Assembly: GCF_041956535.1 (NCBI RefSeq)
Contig: NW_027192206.1
Coordinates: forward strand, 62,001 to 126,000
Length of the DNA: 64,000 nt
Direction: 5' to 3'
Source: Calcarisporiella thermophila CBS 279.70
Lineage: Eukaryota; Fungi; Calcarisporiellomycota
Part shown: in pieces, positions 24,480 through 37,641 of the stretch
Layout of the letters: each line of letters opens with the position of its first letter
Position numbering within the stretch: the first letter of the stretch is position 1
Program-made: the position numbers and the translations under genes
The notes under the pieces: generated by a model
Database searches by the model: none
What the model was told of the DNA's origin: nothing
Seen by the model: the letters and a program-made list of their open reading frames with translations, nothing else

Positions 24480-25877
24480 CTAGGTTTTCTTTCGTTTGAT
24501 GAACCCTGCCCCAAGCACGTTAACAGCCACAGGCTCCATTTTTCTTTTCTCACTCTCCTTATAGGCCGCTTTAACATCCTGCTCCTGGGCCGTGTTTGAG
24601 CCTTCCACGCGTATTATTGCTGGAGTTGGCAACCCCAGTTTCTGCGATATTCTGTACCAACGCTTTGTCGATGCTATAGAGTGCTCTTGTGAGGAAAAGT
24701 CGAGGGAAAGAAAGTCGTTGACGACTCGTGTGAACACCTCAGCCGATAGCTCGCCATTAACGTGTTCAGTTGTGGATAGCGTGGAATTCCCTTCCTTTGA
24801 AGCAGCCTCGTCCGCTCTTTCTCCTAGCGCTGTTTCATGCCCAAGTTCTACTACATAAAACCCGGTTACTCGCCCTGCACCGCATTCCTCACCTACACTG
24901 AGCACTTCCCAGAACTCCTCAACACTGCCTCCTTTTCGGTTTTCATTTCCCTCCTCGTTTTCGTCCATTGCATTGTAATTCTGGAGTATCCGCGCTTTAG
25001 GATCGTCCTCGAACCGAGGAATAGCCACGTGTGCGCGAGCCAATTTGGGGTAGGGATAGCCATACGTCCACACAAACGGCTGCTTATCTGCCTCGTTGGT
25101 TGCAGTTGCAAGGGTATAACGGAGGATTGCTTGCGCCTCAAGCTGGGAAAACGAACCAGGAATAAACCACCAGCCTCTGGCTTTCACTCCACTCAGATGC
25201 ATCCCCTCAGTACCGCTCTTTGTTTCGTTGCCACTGGGTATTATTCCAGCTAACACGTCAAGCCACCAGATGGCGAGACGCCGATCTCCGGCAACACGCT
25301 TCATTGGGTTCTCCCCACTTCCTGCGAAGAGGTACTGCCTCTGCGCCCTTGCAAACACGTGCACTTTTGTGGAAGAATAAGCTTTGCAAGTGGAGGTAAG
25401 AGAACGCAAATACGCAACGACTAGAGCCTTGGTTGGAGAAATGGATGAGCGGTATGGGTAGTTACCAGAGGAGTCCACTTTGGAGATGTATATGATACGG
25501 CTTGGCAAGCTTTTTCCGTCTTCGTTGAACACATATTCGTATACATTAAGAGCGCTAATTAACACCTCTTCATCTTGCTTGGTACGTTCGATAATTTTCT
25601 CGCTTTCTTCTCCGAATTTCTTTAAATTGCTCCCTTCATTTTCTCCCTTTTCGCCCTGATTCTTATTATTTGAAGGGGATCGCCAACCGAGAATGAATAA
25701 GCTCTCGCGACATCGCCATGTATTTTCTTTATCTTCGATAGCCGTTTTGTCAGAGGAATAGAGAGGGCGGGTTGGAGTAGAGCGTGTACAAGCGGTGTGG
25801 AGAACAAAAGTATCGGCGCGTGGAAGCTTGGACAGCTGTGAATGGAGATGAGTCTCCACCCATTTCGCCATCGACAT
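24480..25877 (-). CDS. RTT109: Histone H3K56 acetyltransferase Rtt109 (intronless)
   Basis: IYISKVDSSG, VFARAQRQYLF..S.ENPMKR, WW, IPRFEDDPKAR, VEEFWE..ECGAGRVTGF, basic C-terminus. Confidence 0.92.
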   Translation of the reverse strand: MSMAKWVETHLHSQLSKLPRADTFVLHTACTRSTPTRPLYSSDKTAIEDKENTWRCRESLFILGWRSPSNNKNQGEKGENEGSNLKKFGEESEKIIERTKQDEEVLISALNVYEYVFNEDGKSLPSRIIYISKVDSSGNYPYRSSISPTKALVVAYLRSLTSTCKAYSSTKVHVFARAQRQYLFAGSGENPMKRVAGDRRLAIWWLDVLAGIIPSGNETKSGTEGMHLSGVKARGWWFIPGSFSQLEAQAILRYTLATATNEADKQPFVWTYGYPYPKLARAHVAIPRFEDDPKARILQNYNAMDENEEGNENRKGGSVEEFWEVLSVGEECGAGRVTGFYVVELGHETALGERADEAASKEGNSTLSTTEHVNGELSAEVFTRVVNDFLSLDFSSQEHSIASTKRWYRISQKLGLPTPAIIRVEGSNTAQEQDVKAAYKESEKRKMEPVAVNVLGAGFIKRKKT

Positions 25878-26129
25878 GCTTGAAATATTAAGGATCGAAC
25901 GCGTTAGCACAAAGTTAAAGTCACCTCTACGCGCAATTAGTGTTTAGTAGTCAATTGTGACTATCCAACCATAATTTGTTGAGGGTGGCTATAGAATTTT
26001 CTAAAGATTCTATTTCCACCCAGCCAAGCTCATAAATTGGCCCATTTTCTCCACCTTTGTAGCCTTTGTACACTTCTCTTCATTTTCATTTTTTCTTTTC
26101 GAATCACTCACATACAATCCAAATTATAA

Positions 26130-27069
26130 ATGACTGAACAACGCCCTCTCCCTCCAGGATGGTAAATTACTTTTCAAATTTTCTTGATTTTCAATTCATG
26201 ACTAATCCCGGCCCGCTCTCTCCACCAGGATTGAGCAATGGGACCAGGCATCTCAGCGCCCCTACTACGTCGACACAACTCGAAATCCTCCCTACATCAC
26301 CTGGGATGATCCACGCCAAACCCCAACTACATCCTCCCCCTATCCCGCCCCCGCCCATGGCATGCCCTCTCCCATGAGCATGCCTGGCACCAATTCTCCC
26401 TCGACGAACGTAGCAATGCCCGCGGGACCGGGCGCCGGAGGATTCTCCATGCCGGGTGGAAATCAATCTACTTCTGGTCCTGGTGGATTCATGATGCCTG
26501 GAAATAATGCAGGTGGAATGCCAACCCCCGACACAAAAGGTGCCTTCCCGGAGCCGCAAGCATATCCCCCGCAATCATCTCCCTATCCGCCAGCTGGGAG
26601 TCCCTACCCCCAGCAGGGCGGCCAGTCAAGCCCATATGGCCAGCCCCTACCCCCACAAGGCGGAGCAGCTCCCTATCCTGGGCAGCCACACCCTGGTGGT
26701 GCGGGTGAATCCTCTTCCTACGGCGGAGCCCAAGTTCCAGGCCAAGTTCCGGGCCAAGGACAGGAGCAGCAAGAGAAGGGCCTAATGGGCAACCTTGTTG
26801 GTGCAGGAGTGGGTATGGCTGCGGCCCATTATTTCACGAAACCGAAACCCAACCAGCAGCAGTATTATCCTGCGCAAGGAGGGAGCGGCGGCTACTATCC
26901 ACCCCCTCAGCAGCAAGGCGGTGTAAGCGGTATGGGCAAGTTTGGTGCGTTGGCCGCGGGTGGTATTGGTGGAGCATTGCTTGCGTCTGCAGCTGGCAAG
27001 ATTTTCGGTGGCGGTCATGGACATCACCATCACCACTATGGACATAAGCACAAGGGCTTCTTCAAATAA
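26130..27069 (+). CDS. WW-domain protein (Wwm1-like) with Pro/Gln/Gly-rich region and Gly/His-rich tail
   Basis: Spliced (intron 26162-26228) MTEQRPLPPGWIEQWDQASQRPYYVDTTRNPPYITWDDPR is a WW domain. Confidence 0.85.
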
Positions 27070-28480
27070 ACTGGCTAGAGTTTCTGAATAATATAATATT
27101 AGTCGAGGTATGCTTTTGTCCTCTGCAACTTATGCTCCAGATCTCGTAATTTGTTATCTTTTTCGTTTCCGTTGTTTTCTTTTCTTGATTTGTATTTGGC
27201 ATCATACTAAACATTAACTGCTGTCACCCCGCCGAAACCTTGGGCAAATTCTGAGCTTCATGCCATCCCACTCTACACCACTACAATAAATTGCAAAACG
27301 TCCTATCCTCCTTGAAGTTGGAGTTTGGTCAAATATAGCATCCGGTCCAGGCAAAAAGATCCTCCTTTATTATCTACATTGGATTGTAATGGGGAGGTTT
27401 CTAGTGCTATAGGCCCCCTCTTCTTGACCAAAGAATCCCGGATCATATCCGTAGCCTGAGGTGTCTATAAAATACTTTTTGTATATTATGTAGGAGAATG
27501 AGAGTGATAAGACTAAGAGAATTAGGCCAACAAGGTCTAATAGTCATGACCTAGGGTTGAGAGTTCTGTTTCAAAGCCAGCACGATTCTTTGGCCCTTGC
27601 AGGTTTCCAAGTCTTGCCTGGTTGCATATTTTCATGTTCCCAAACAGGGGGCAGAGTGAGACGAGAGGTACAGCAGTAATGAGCAATCAATAAAGAAAAC
27701 GGGCGTGCAAAAATACAAGTTCGATATGCACCAGATAGCGAGCCCGAGAGCTATACTAAGACCGCTTTCCCTACTGCCGCTACTGGGCTTCCCCTTCTTC
27801 CCTAAACGTGCGTTCAATACAGGGTTTTGGTGACTGCTTGAATTCGTGTCGATTTACTTGGCACAAAGCCATATTGAGAAGAAGAAGTGGGTTTTTCCCA
27901 TTACTCAATCCCAACTCTGCCAGTCGCTATAGAATCGAGAATTCCAGAGTTTGTCGAATGGGCATAGAGCAATGCATTGAATGCTGCAAAAGTAAAAATA
28001 ACATAAGGACTCTCAAATGGAAAAATAAGTGAAGAAAATAAGAGGGCAGCATTGGGTCCTCTTATCCCTAACTCTGGCTCTTTTATCTCAATCAGGCGGT
28101 CATATTGATAGCGGGGTGGCAATGGGCCCCTATAAGAGTGGGAAGAGAAAATTGTCGTATTCCTATAACATGGAAAAATACACGGCTCTGGACGCTATAG
28201 GAGAGGAAGAAGGCTGCTGTAGAAAGAGGAAGTAGCCCGTGTTCAGAGAGACGAGGAGGGGCCCACTTTATTCTCTTGTTGTATTTTTAGGACTCGCCTA
28301 TCGTAGTAATCCATTTCAGTGGCCTATTTACTACAAATTCAGGGGTTGGATTTGACACTCTAAAATTTGCTCAACCTAAAGTGAAAAAAGAAACTTGATT
28401 TATCATCTTTTCACTTTTTTTCTCTTTCATCGACACACTTCTTCATCAATCCTCCTCGAAGTTGTTCTAGAATCAGGCCG

Positions 28481-29169
28481 ATGGCGAATGCAAAAGGTAA
28501 TGCATCAGACATGTTGTTTTTTCTGGATGCGTATTCACGAATGTTTCCTCGAACTCCATGATCTATTATTTTTTTCCCCTTCAAATCCTATCATTAATCA
28601 CCTCGATGTAGTTCCCCGCAACTTCCGACTTCTAGAGGAACTAGAAAAGGGCGAAAAGGGTCTTGGAGACAGAACATGTAGCTATGGCCTTGCAGATGGA
28701 GATGATATTATGATGACGAATTGGAACGGAACGATTCTAGGCCCTTCCCATGTTTGTACACCTCCTACCCTCTCCCATAGCCCTCTGATCTCACATCCTC
28801 CATGCATTCCTTTGCTTGACTAGACTGTTCACGAAAATCGCATCTATAGCCTTCGCCTCCATTGTGACGAGAATTACCCTGATTCTCCTCCGCAGGTCTT
28901 TTTCGTGTCGCGTATCAATCTGCCATGTGTCAACCAACAGACAGGCCGTGTGGAACCTTCTCGACTGGGGTGTCTTAACTCATGGAGACGGTCGTATTCG
29001 ATGGAGACGGTCTTGACCGAGCTGCGAAGGTAAAATACAAACCATTGTAGAATAAAAGGATCTCGCAATAGTTGTCTATATTCTGATGACCCTTCCTGCC
29101 TATTCCAGGGAAATGGCGAACCCTCACAACAGGAAGCTGCCGCAGCCCCCCGAAGGCTCCACCTTTTAA
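28481..29169 (+). CDS. MMS2: Ubiquitin-conjugating enzyme variant Mms2/UEV1
   Basis: [50 protein letters not shown]. Confidence 0.96.
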
Positions 29170-29583
29170 ATCTCCCCCTCCCCCCTTGTTTTTCCACGGC
29201 TTTTTATGTGTATATTCCCCCTCTTTTTTCTACACTCTTTTATTTTCTCGGTTGGATTTTTTTTTAATATTTTGAGGTGACGGATGAACTTTTAACATTC
29301 CCCAACGGTCAATAGGATTTCTTTTTTTTTTCATAATTGACATTATGAAATGAAGAATACTGCAAGTGGCCAATTTTATTCGGCTCATGGTGCAAAGCAC
29401 TCTTTCTTCACGCTCTGTATGACTGTTGAGTGGCTAAGCTAACGAAAGTTAGAATTTATGTTTTTCATATTCAGACCTCGAAACGCAGACCTTTGAATGG
29501 GACTCTTTGCATATGATTTGTTTAGAATATAATCTTCTTAATGCCTGTATGATCTAATAATACATAAATCCAGTGTATAAGTA

Positions 29584-31262
29584 ATGACACATCACCAGAA
29601 ACAAACCAAACCCTCAGACATCCCCATAGATGCCGGAACGCAACCAGATGAGTATTATGACAAAGTGCTCTTTTGGCCGCGGGCTTGGGCTCGGAGATGC
29701 CTCGTCCCGCTGGTAAGAGCCGAAACCGATATACTTGCTCGTTTTCAGGTATGATAGTGATGGGACCCTTTGCTTCTATTGCAGGAATGGATCTAAATGG
29801 AATTGTGCGTTGTTTCGATGAAACATAGAGAGCAGTGCGGTATCCGGTGTTAGATGATTTTTTCATGTGGACTGCAAACCTGGGAACGCATACATTTTTC
29901 ATGGTGATGCTACCGCTCCTCTTCTGGTTTGGGTACTCTGAGTATGGGCGAGGGTAAGTTGGCTGATGTGCTGGCTCTAGCCACTCTTGACGGTGAATTA
30001 ATCCTTCTGCCTGTGGCCCTAACTTAGGCTTGTGATGCTCAGTGGGTGTGGGGTCATACTAAGCTCTCTTCTCAAGGATTTTCTCTGCCTCCCGCGTCCG
30101 TTTGCTCCCCCCCTGATTCGTCTCTCCCTCTCTAGCTCCACCAGCGCCGAGTATGGATTCCCGTCGACCCACTCCACCAATTCAGTCTCCATCTCGCTGT
30201 TTTTCCTCTCGCATCTCCTTAGCGCTACTTCCTCACCCTCGCCTTTTCTGGTTGCTCTCATCGCATTCTACTGCTTTAGTGTGGTTTTTGGGCGGCTCTA
30301 CTGCGGGATGCACAGCCTGACGGACGTCATTGGCGGAATCACCATTGGCGCCGGACTCTGGGCTCTGCAGTTGAAATTCCATCTCATCATCGAGAATTTC
30401 CTCTTCGAGAGTGGGTGGGGCATATGGGCCCCGCTCTTCTTTGTTGCCGCAGGTCTTCTGCTTGTGTGGGTGCACCCGGATCCCGTCGACCGGTGTCCCT
30501 GCTTTGAGGATAGCGTCTGCTTTACGTCTGTGATATTCGGTGTGCTCGGTGGCAGCTGGTATTTTGCTAAAACACCTTATGCTTGGTCGACTCCAACGGT
30601 GGCCACGGTCCCATATGATGTCGGAGCCATTGGTGTTGCCGGCTCGGTGATGCGCATCGTTTTTGGTAGGTGTTCTCTCTCTATGAAGGTTTTTCCGCCT
30701 CTCCCTCCCCCCCCCCCCCACCGCACCCCTCTTACCCAGATGATATGGAATTAATTCGGTGAAAAACATCTCTACTCTAGGCATTATTGTCCTCTTTATC
30801 TGGCGCCTTGTTGCCAAAAAGGCTTGCTATTTCTTGCTCCCTCCCATCTATCGCTCGCTCAACCTTCCTCACCGCAATTTTGAGGTCGCCGCAAAGGACT
30901 ACCGCTCGCTGCACGACGAGCCCATCGGACGCGTGCCATCCGTCATTCACCTCCCAGAGCTGAACCCAGATGCACCTGCCGACGAACGCGATTTCCGTAA
31001 GCGAAGGCAATCGCACTCGGAAAAACACATCCTTGCCGCTGCTAAACCCAACGGGTTCACAGACTCCGTTAAGGGCAAGCCAGTGACGGCGAACGGCGAG
31101 GACAAACGCATTGGTGAAGATATACCCTTGAGATACGATGTTGACATTGTGACCAAGCTCATAGTTTACGCCGGGATCGGTTGGCATGCCGTGTGCACTA
31201 TTCCTGTCCTCTTCGAGTTGATTCCCGGCTTAAGTGTTAGAATTTCCATGGGATTTGCTTGA
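29584..31262 (+). CDS. LCB3: Sphingoid-base-1-phosphate phosphatase (PAP2 family)
   Basis: TANLGTHTFF, KDFLCLPRP, EYGFPSTHS, GRLYCGMHS, CPCFEDS, RYDVDIVTKLIVYAGIG. Confidence 0.92.
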
Positions 31263-31810
31263 GTTTATCTATAATTTATACACTTATCTATTTGGTTTAT
31301 TAAAACAAGAAAAAGAGGAAAAAAAAGTAAACACCATCCAAAATCACAACAATGGTCTGCTGCGAATTTATTTTTGATGTCTATTTCACCACGTAGCTCT
31401 TTTCTTTTCTCTCTCTCTCTTTTTTGGAATTTTATGCTAGGGGGTGGCAGTGGGGGGGGTAGGAGATGGTAATAGACGCATAGTTATGGATGCCCACTAG
31501 ATAAGGTAAGAAGAGGCGAAGAAAAGAGAATATAACATACAAGAAATTGAATAGCATAACATAATGGAGCAAGCGAGGAGAAAGTAAAAAAGCGTACACA
31601 TTAAAAAAAGAAAATGAAAAAAAGAGACAAGTTTTGATGAAGATGGACTCACAATGTTTGAAATACAAAAAAAAGTTATCATAAAAAGCACACACACAGA
31701 CAAACAAAATGCATTTTCTTAGATATATTATATCGTCCAGCGTTTTAATAGGGGCGTGGTAAGTCACTTGGCGGCTTTGGAGCACAGAGGTGCCGTTAAT
31801 GGCCCCGGGG

Positions 31811-32103
31811 TCAGGCCTTTCGGCACAACAGTAAGTGGTGGGTGGGTGGCCACTGGTCAGGATGAAGGCCATAGCGTGGACAACTAGGCTTGTGGTTTGG
31901 AAGCCTACGCACAAATAAGTAAAGACAAAAAATAAAACGGTCAGAAAAAGTAGCGCGCTCGTCTTAGTTGACCGCCCTAGCTATGTTTGGCGAGGGGGAG
32001 GAGAGAAATGGGATGAAACGGAAAAGTACCATTCCTGACAAAGCTCACAAGACACCTTCCAACCGCAGGTGGAGGGGTGAGACCGAATACACTTGCTGGT
32101 CAT
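31811..32103 (-). CDS. Spliced 55-aa Cys/His-rich microprotein with CX2C-X6-H-X3-C motif
   Basis: CCACCATG start; exon 32103-32030, GT-AG intron 32029-31905, exon 31904-31811: MTSKCIRSHPSTCGWKVSCELCQEWLPNHKPSCPRYGLHPDQWPPTHHLLLCRKA*. Confidence 0.7.
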
Positions 32104-35100
32104 GGTGGGAGAGGTAGGCGTGTGTTGGGAAGAGCGAATGGGAATCGAGAAGAGGAGGAGAAGGGGAGAGAACAGGAGACGGTGTGGACTAGAGAGTTGC
32201 TTGAGTTCTTATCGGGTCCAGCAGGAAATTGGGGGGAAGAGAGACGTGCGAGAAGGTGATGAAAAATGATGGAAATGCAAATGTGGTTTCTCCTCTCTCT
32301 TTGGTCCAAGGAGCTCACTTTAAATAAATTTTCTGGTTCTCACCACTCCAACACCTTTAGCCATAGATGGAAAAGTATGGCTATTCGAATTTTACTTCTT
32401 GTTGGCGATGATGTCAGACGAGTCAGGTGACGGGACTGGATTTGTTAAACTAGAGTTTTTCATCTATTGCAGCCGCTACCAAGAATCTGGAAGGTTCCCA
32501 CCCTCTCTCCCTATGCAGTACGACCCTTATCTAGAGTGAATCTGGCATTTAGCACCTCTTACAAGTATGCACTTGTGTGATATCATCGCAAGACCTGTTT
32601 GACCCGCGTTCAGTTTCTTTTCCAATTCACCTCCAATATCCCCCTCCCCTTACCCAAATAATTCCCACATTCCACTCCCCTTTGCACACCTTATATCGAT
32701 TTTATGCATCGCGTTGCTGCGAGAAAGTGGTTCTGGTCATATGATACAGGAGAGATCACTGATAACCTTGTTTTGGGCAGTATGAATATACGCGACTCGC
32801 CTGCCTGCTTATTTTTATCCAGGTCGGCTAGCCGGAGGCATTTCACAGAGAGCCGCGTGTCAGTGGAAATCAACCCCTCGCCGCATGCATGGAGGCAAGC
32901 CGGCCTTGATCTTTTCGATCTTGACGCCCTTTACAAGTCATTGAACTCCGGACGGCCATGACGACCACTTCCGATCCAGCTGTCCGATCCTCCTTCCCCC
33001 TAACCCCCCCTTGTATCTTCAATTATCTCATAGTACAGAATTGAATGGGAAACCGCGAACTAATTTCCCCCCGTCATTTCTATCTGGATTAGTTCATGAT
33101 CAACCAGTGATGAGCTTTTTATTAGATGCATGGGCAGCAAGAATGCATTTTACGTTTCCAGGGGATAACAAAAGAGGAAGAAACTTTAGAGTTTCCGGAT
33201 CAGGTGTGAGGCCGGCCCTCTGAGAGCAGCTGCGTGCCCACCCTACACAAAGAGGGAGGAGAGAAAAAAAGCAGCCCCTAGGCAAAATATGAACAAGATT
33301 TGTTTTTGTTTTCTCTTGTTGGTGTTTGTTTTTGTTTTCGTTCTCCACTGCCTTTACTATTTATTTCATTTATTACTAGGGCTGCTTTTTGATCTGTTGT
33401 CGATTGCTTGGCCTATTCAGCCCCCACTTGTTTGTGCCCTCAAATAATAACATCTCTACGAGGATAGTGCCAGGGCATGACGACATTGGCCTGAGCGACA
33501 GGTCCCAGCGTTGGAGAGACGGCGAAAGAGTAGAACTAGGAAGCAGTGTCGCACTGGAAAATAAAGGCTGGAAATGGCGAAGATGGAGGGGGGAAACATT
33601 TTAGGCCCCATTATTAGCATATTTCCTTATTCGACCTAAGGCTAAAATGCTCAATTTAAGCTTTATCATGAATAATGAATCCAAGCCATTCGATGTTTAT
33701 TGAAATCTAGGCAGCCCAAATAACTCATAGGGCGGAGACTTGAATCTCTCAATGGAAGGATTGGCCTGACCTTCAAACCCATCAGACTCAGGTAGACGTC
33801 ACGGCTCTTTAGACAAGGGCCACTCCTATATGGTTAGGCCGCCTTCCCCATTAATTTGTGCAGAATGTACTTTGGGTTTGTTAGATTAGTCACCCAGAAC
33901 CCACCATCGGTTTGACAGCCTTGCCTTACTGTAATTGTACCTTGTTGAGGCCTTCTTCAACTTGACCTGGTTTTGCCCTCTCAAATGAAGAAAAGGTTAT
34001 ATTAGGTGTGGTCTAAATGGAAATTCTTGTGAGAAATTGTCTGGTGAAAGGCGAAACCTAGTTGAAACCTACACAAACGGCTCCGGAAGAGCGCTGCCTA
34101 TCTGTAGCTTGTGCTTGCGACTGCGTCTTCGGAGACACAGCTACAAGCCTAATCAGCGAAGAGAAACTCTTCGAGGAAGTCGTTCGCAGCACCCACTAGC
34201 TCCGCTGCGCAAAGATGTATAGTTTCAGCACGGAAGGCTTGCGTCTTGGCTCAGTCAGCCGGTGCGACCATGCAAGTTCGGTAAACTTCCTTCCTGCATC
34301 CAGTGGAGAAGCGCTTCCTATAGGGACGGAAGAGGCTCTCCATAGCTTTGGCGAGTTTAAATGCTAGACGACCCACTCCCCTCTTTAGCCATTCCCGACT
34401 GTCCTCCCTCCCCCCCCCCCCAATTTCCTGCATGGGCTAAAAGAGTAGCAAACCTTCGGGTGAAGGGCATTTCTGGGGCAAACTACAAAAGCCAGTGTGA
34501 GAATGCCGACAGCAATAGAGATATTTTCACATGGATTAAGATTTCAATTTGTTTATTATCCCATGCGCTATTTCAATCTTCCCCTATACTCATAGTATAA
34601 CGTATTTGTTTTTGTTTCTCGAAAAATAGAAAAATAAGGCTAATCGCTCTATTGCGGAGAGAGACCCTACGTGGGAAAAGTAAAGTGAGACGAATATAGA
34701 ACTCGCATTTTGAGTATACCTAGGATGCTGACACAGTGCAGAGGAGCGAGGTGAAGAGGTTTGGATCCTACTCTGTGATCGTTATCGGTTGTCCCCCTCC
34801 ACAAATGAGCAATCTCCGACAGCAAGCTTGGGAGAGTTCCATCCGCAATGAAGGTATACTAGCCAAGAAATTATGGCTGAGATGAGGCCCTCATCCCTCG
34901 GCGAAGCGAGCAGAAAATAGATATCTCCCGGCGAGGCTTAGTGTGCAATAGCGCACGAGGGAAGTCACTAACCGAAGAGGTAGGGCGATGAAATTGATAA
35001 GAGGAGAGAGGGGGTATCTGCCCTCCCCCCCACCCCCAGCGCAATGCACCACCCGAACCATGTCCAATATAACTTTAGTGAATAGAGGTGGAGGCACGAA

Positions 35101-35593
35101 TAGGAGCTTAATTAAGGGGGTCCGATGAATAACTCTAATCTGTCTTCCACAATCGGGAATCCCATTCCCTGACTACCTACTGGGAGGGGGCTTATACCGG
35201 TCTTCAATAAAAATAGGCGGCACCTCATAGGGCAAGTATGGCGGAACACGGAGATATTCTCAAACCTATACGGGCAGGCGATGGAAAACATTGCACTCAG
35301 GAGAGGAGTTTGGGGTGGTGAGATGTCTAAGCGCATAGACAAGTTTTTCTAATGAGGCAGGATGCAAAACGCCAGGTTTTCATCCTGTATCTTTGGATAC
35401 GGCCCAGAAAGAACTGGGAAGAATGAAACCAGCTACACATCGCCATGCAGCTTGGTGTGGGGGTTAAAGTTTGTGTACACTCATCGAAATTTGAACACAA
35501 GGTATGCTGCTTAACTTAAATTATTATTGATACTGGATATAGCGACCTTACAAAAACAGGAAAAAAAAGCAGCCCCTCATGATCATGACCCCG

Positions 35594-37206
35594 TTACTGC
35601 GCCATCACGGCCTCAATGTCCTTGACCGTCTTGGGTGCGGTAGTCAGGTTGTCGACGCCAGTGGCACGCACCACCACGCAATCCTCAATGCGGACTCCGC
35701 CAACGGGGCGGAATCGCTCGAGCTGCTCCAGGTTGATGAAGCGGCGGCGCTCGTCGTTGAGGGCGGGTCGGATGATGTGCTCGCAGAAGTACACGCCCGG
35801 CTCCACCGTCACGACCATGCCCTCCTCGAGATTGCGGCGCATCCGCAAGTAGCGGATGCCCGGCTCATTAATGCGTTCCACACCAGGTGGGTACGATGCC
35901 TTGATGCTGTCGTGCACGTCCAGTCCGATGGAGTGGCCCAGGCCGTGGACGAAGAAGAGGTTGGGAATGAAATTTGCCAAGAGCTCCTCCTCGGACCCCA
36001 CGAGGAGACCCGCCTCCTTCAAGCGGCGACAGCACACGCGCAGTGCAAGGCGGTGCATATCCTCCCAGGCCACTCCGGGCTTGATCGCATCAATGACCGC
36101 TTGCTGCATCTCCAGCACGGTCTCGTAGATGATGCGCTGCTCCTCGGTAAACTTACCGTTGACAGGATAGGTGCTGGATAATATAACGTGTGGATAATGC
36201 GAATTAGATAAACGCGGCGGTTAGGGTTCTTGATGTCCTGGGGGGAGAGAAAAACAACACAAGGGGCCTACCGGGTAATGTCAGCCGCATAGCACTGGTA
36301 TTCACCGCCGGCATCCACCAGCAACATCTGGCCATCGCCCAAGGGCGCCGAATTGTCCACATAGTGCAGCACGGCCGTGTTCTCGCCGCAGCCCACGATC
36401 GGATTGTAGGCTGGGAATTTGGCGCCCTTGCGCGCGCACTCGTACCGGAAGAGGGCGTCCAAGTCATTTTCCGATTTGCCGTTGCGCACGGCCCGCATCA
36501 GTGCCACGTGTGCATCGGACGAGACATGGTTTACAAAGCGCATCAGCTCAATCTCGTGCTCGTCCTTGGTAAGGCGAGCCTCCTGGGACGCGTGCACCAG
36601 GGAGTCCGTATTAATGGCCATACGGTGGTTGCTGAGCGCAGAGACGTCTGTGAAGGGGAGGGTGTGGATCACCTCGGGCTGCGCGGAGTCGAGCAGAGCG
36701 GGAAGCTGTGCCTCATAGACCATGTCGTCGGCCTCGTACTGGGACTTGAGTTCATCGATTGAGGGAGGGGCTCCGCACCACACAATCTCGTCCTCATGAA
36801 CATCGGGCACGATGATGGTGAGCTTATCAGCCGCAAGATCGTAGAGGAGGTGGAATCCGGGCTTGTTAATGCCTATTTACCGAGCAATAGAAAGAAAGAT
36901 TAGAAAAATTCGGAGTCGAAAGGTAGAGACATGAAAGCAATGGAAAGGCAGGGAAGCAAGTACCGGTGAGGTATTGGAAATTGGATTCCTGACGGAATGG
37001 TAGCTCGAGCTGAATGGAAAGAGAAGGGTTAGTGTCGAGCCATCTTGTACGGCAAATTCGCACAGGGTTCCTACATCGGTATCGTGGCGGCAGCGAGTCA
37101 CCTCACCGCGTAGGTAGAAGAATCCTTTCTTCTCGCCAAGCTGTGCAGCCACCTTCTGGCAGTGCTTCTTGGCGGGATACTTTTGGCTTTGGGCTAGGAG
37201 AGGCAT
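35594..37206 (-). CDS. PEPD: Xaa-Pro dipeptidase / prolidase (M24B)
   Basis: PFRQESNFQYLTG, AVLHY, LVDAGGEY..YAADITR, HGLGHSIGLDVHD, TVEPGVYF, GGVRIED. Confidence 0.95.
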
Positions 37207-37641
37207 GAGAGTCGAGGGTGCGAGAAATTTGTCAGAATGTCGCGGAATGAAAGAGCCTGGGCGCGAGTGGTGAATTTCATACGCAAGGCCGAATTTACAG
37301 TTCTGAGCTCGTGGGAAAGCGAGGCTAAGCCTCCAAAAATAAACTTAGATAGGTCTAATGCCTTGGCTGAGTTGGCTTGTAGCGGGAGCATGATGACGAG
37401 AGTGGATTGGGGAGGGAGGATTTTGACTTCAGAGCAAAGAGAGGAAAGGGCGGCCTTGACAAAAGGATATGCATCATAGACATTGTTTAAAATATAGGGG
37501 AAACATTATATATATATACTATAAACCCAAAACAGTCATCAATAAACACAATACAGGTAATGTTTAGGAAGCGTTCTAAATTTTGTCTTTGTTAGTTTTT
37601 TTTTTTCTCTTCTTGCTTTTGCTCCATCGCGGACCGCCGAT

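Noticed and set aside
24480-25877. Intronless RTT109 as a retrogene
   Set aside because: No poly-A remnant or target-site duplication; it sits in a normal divergent gene pair
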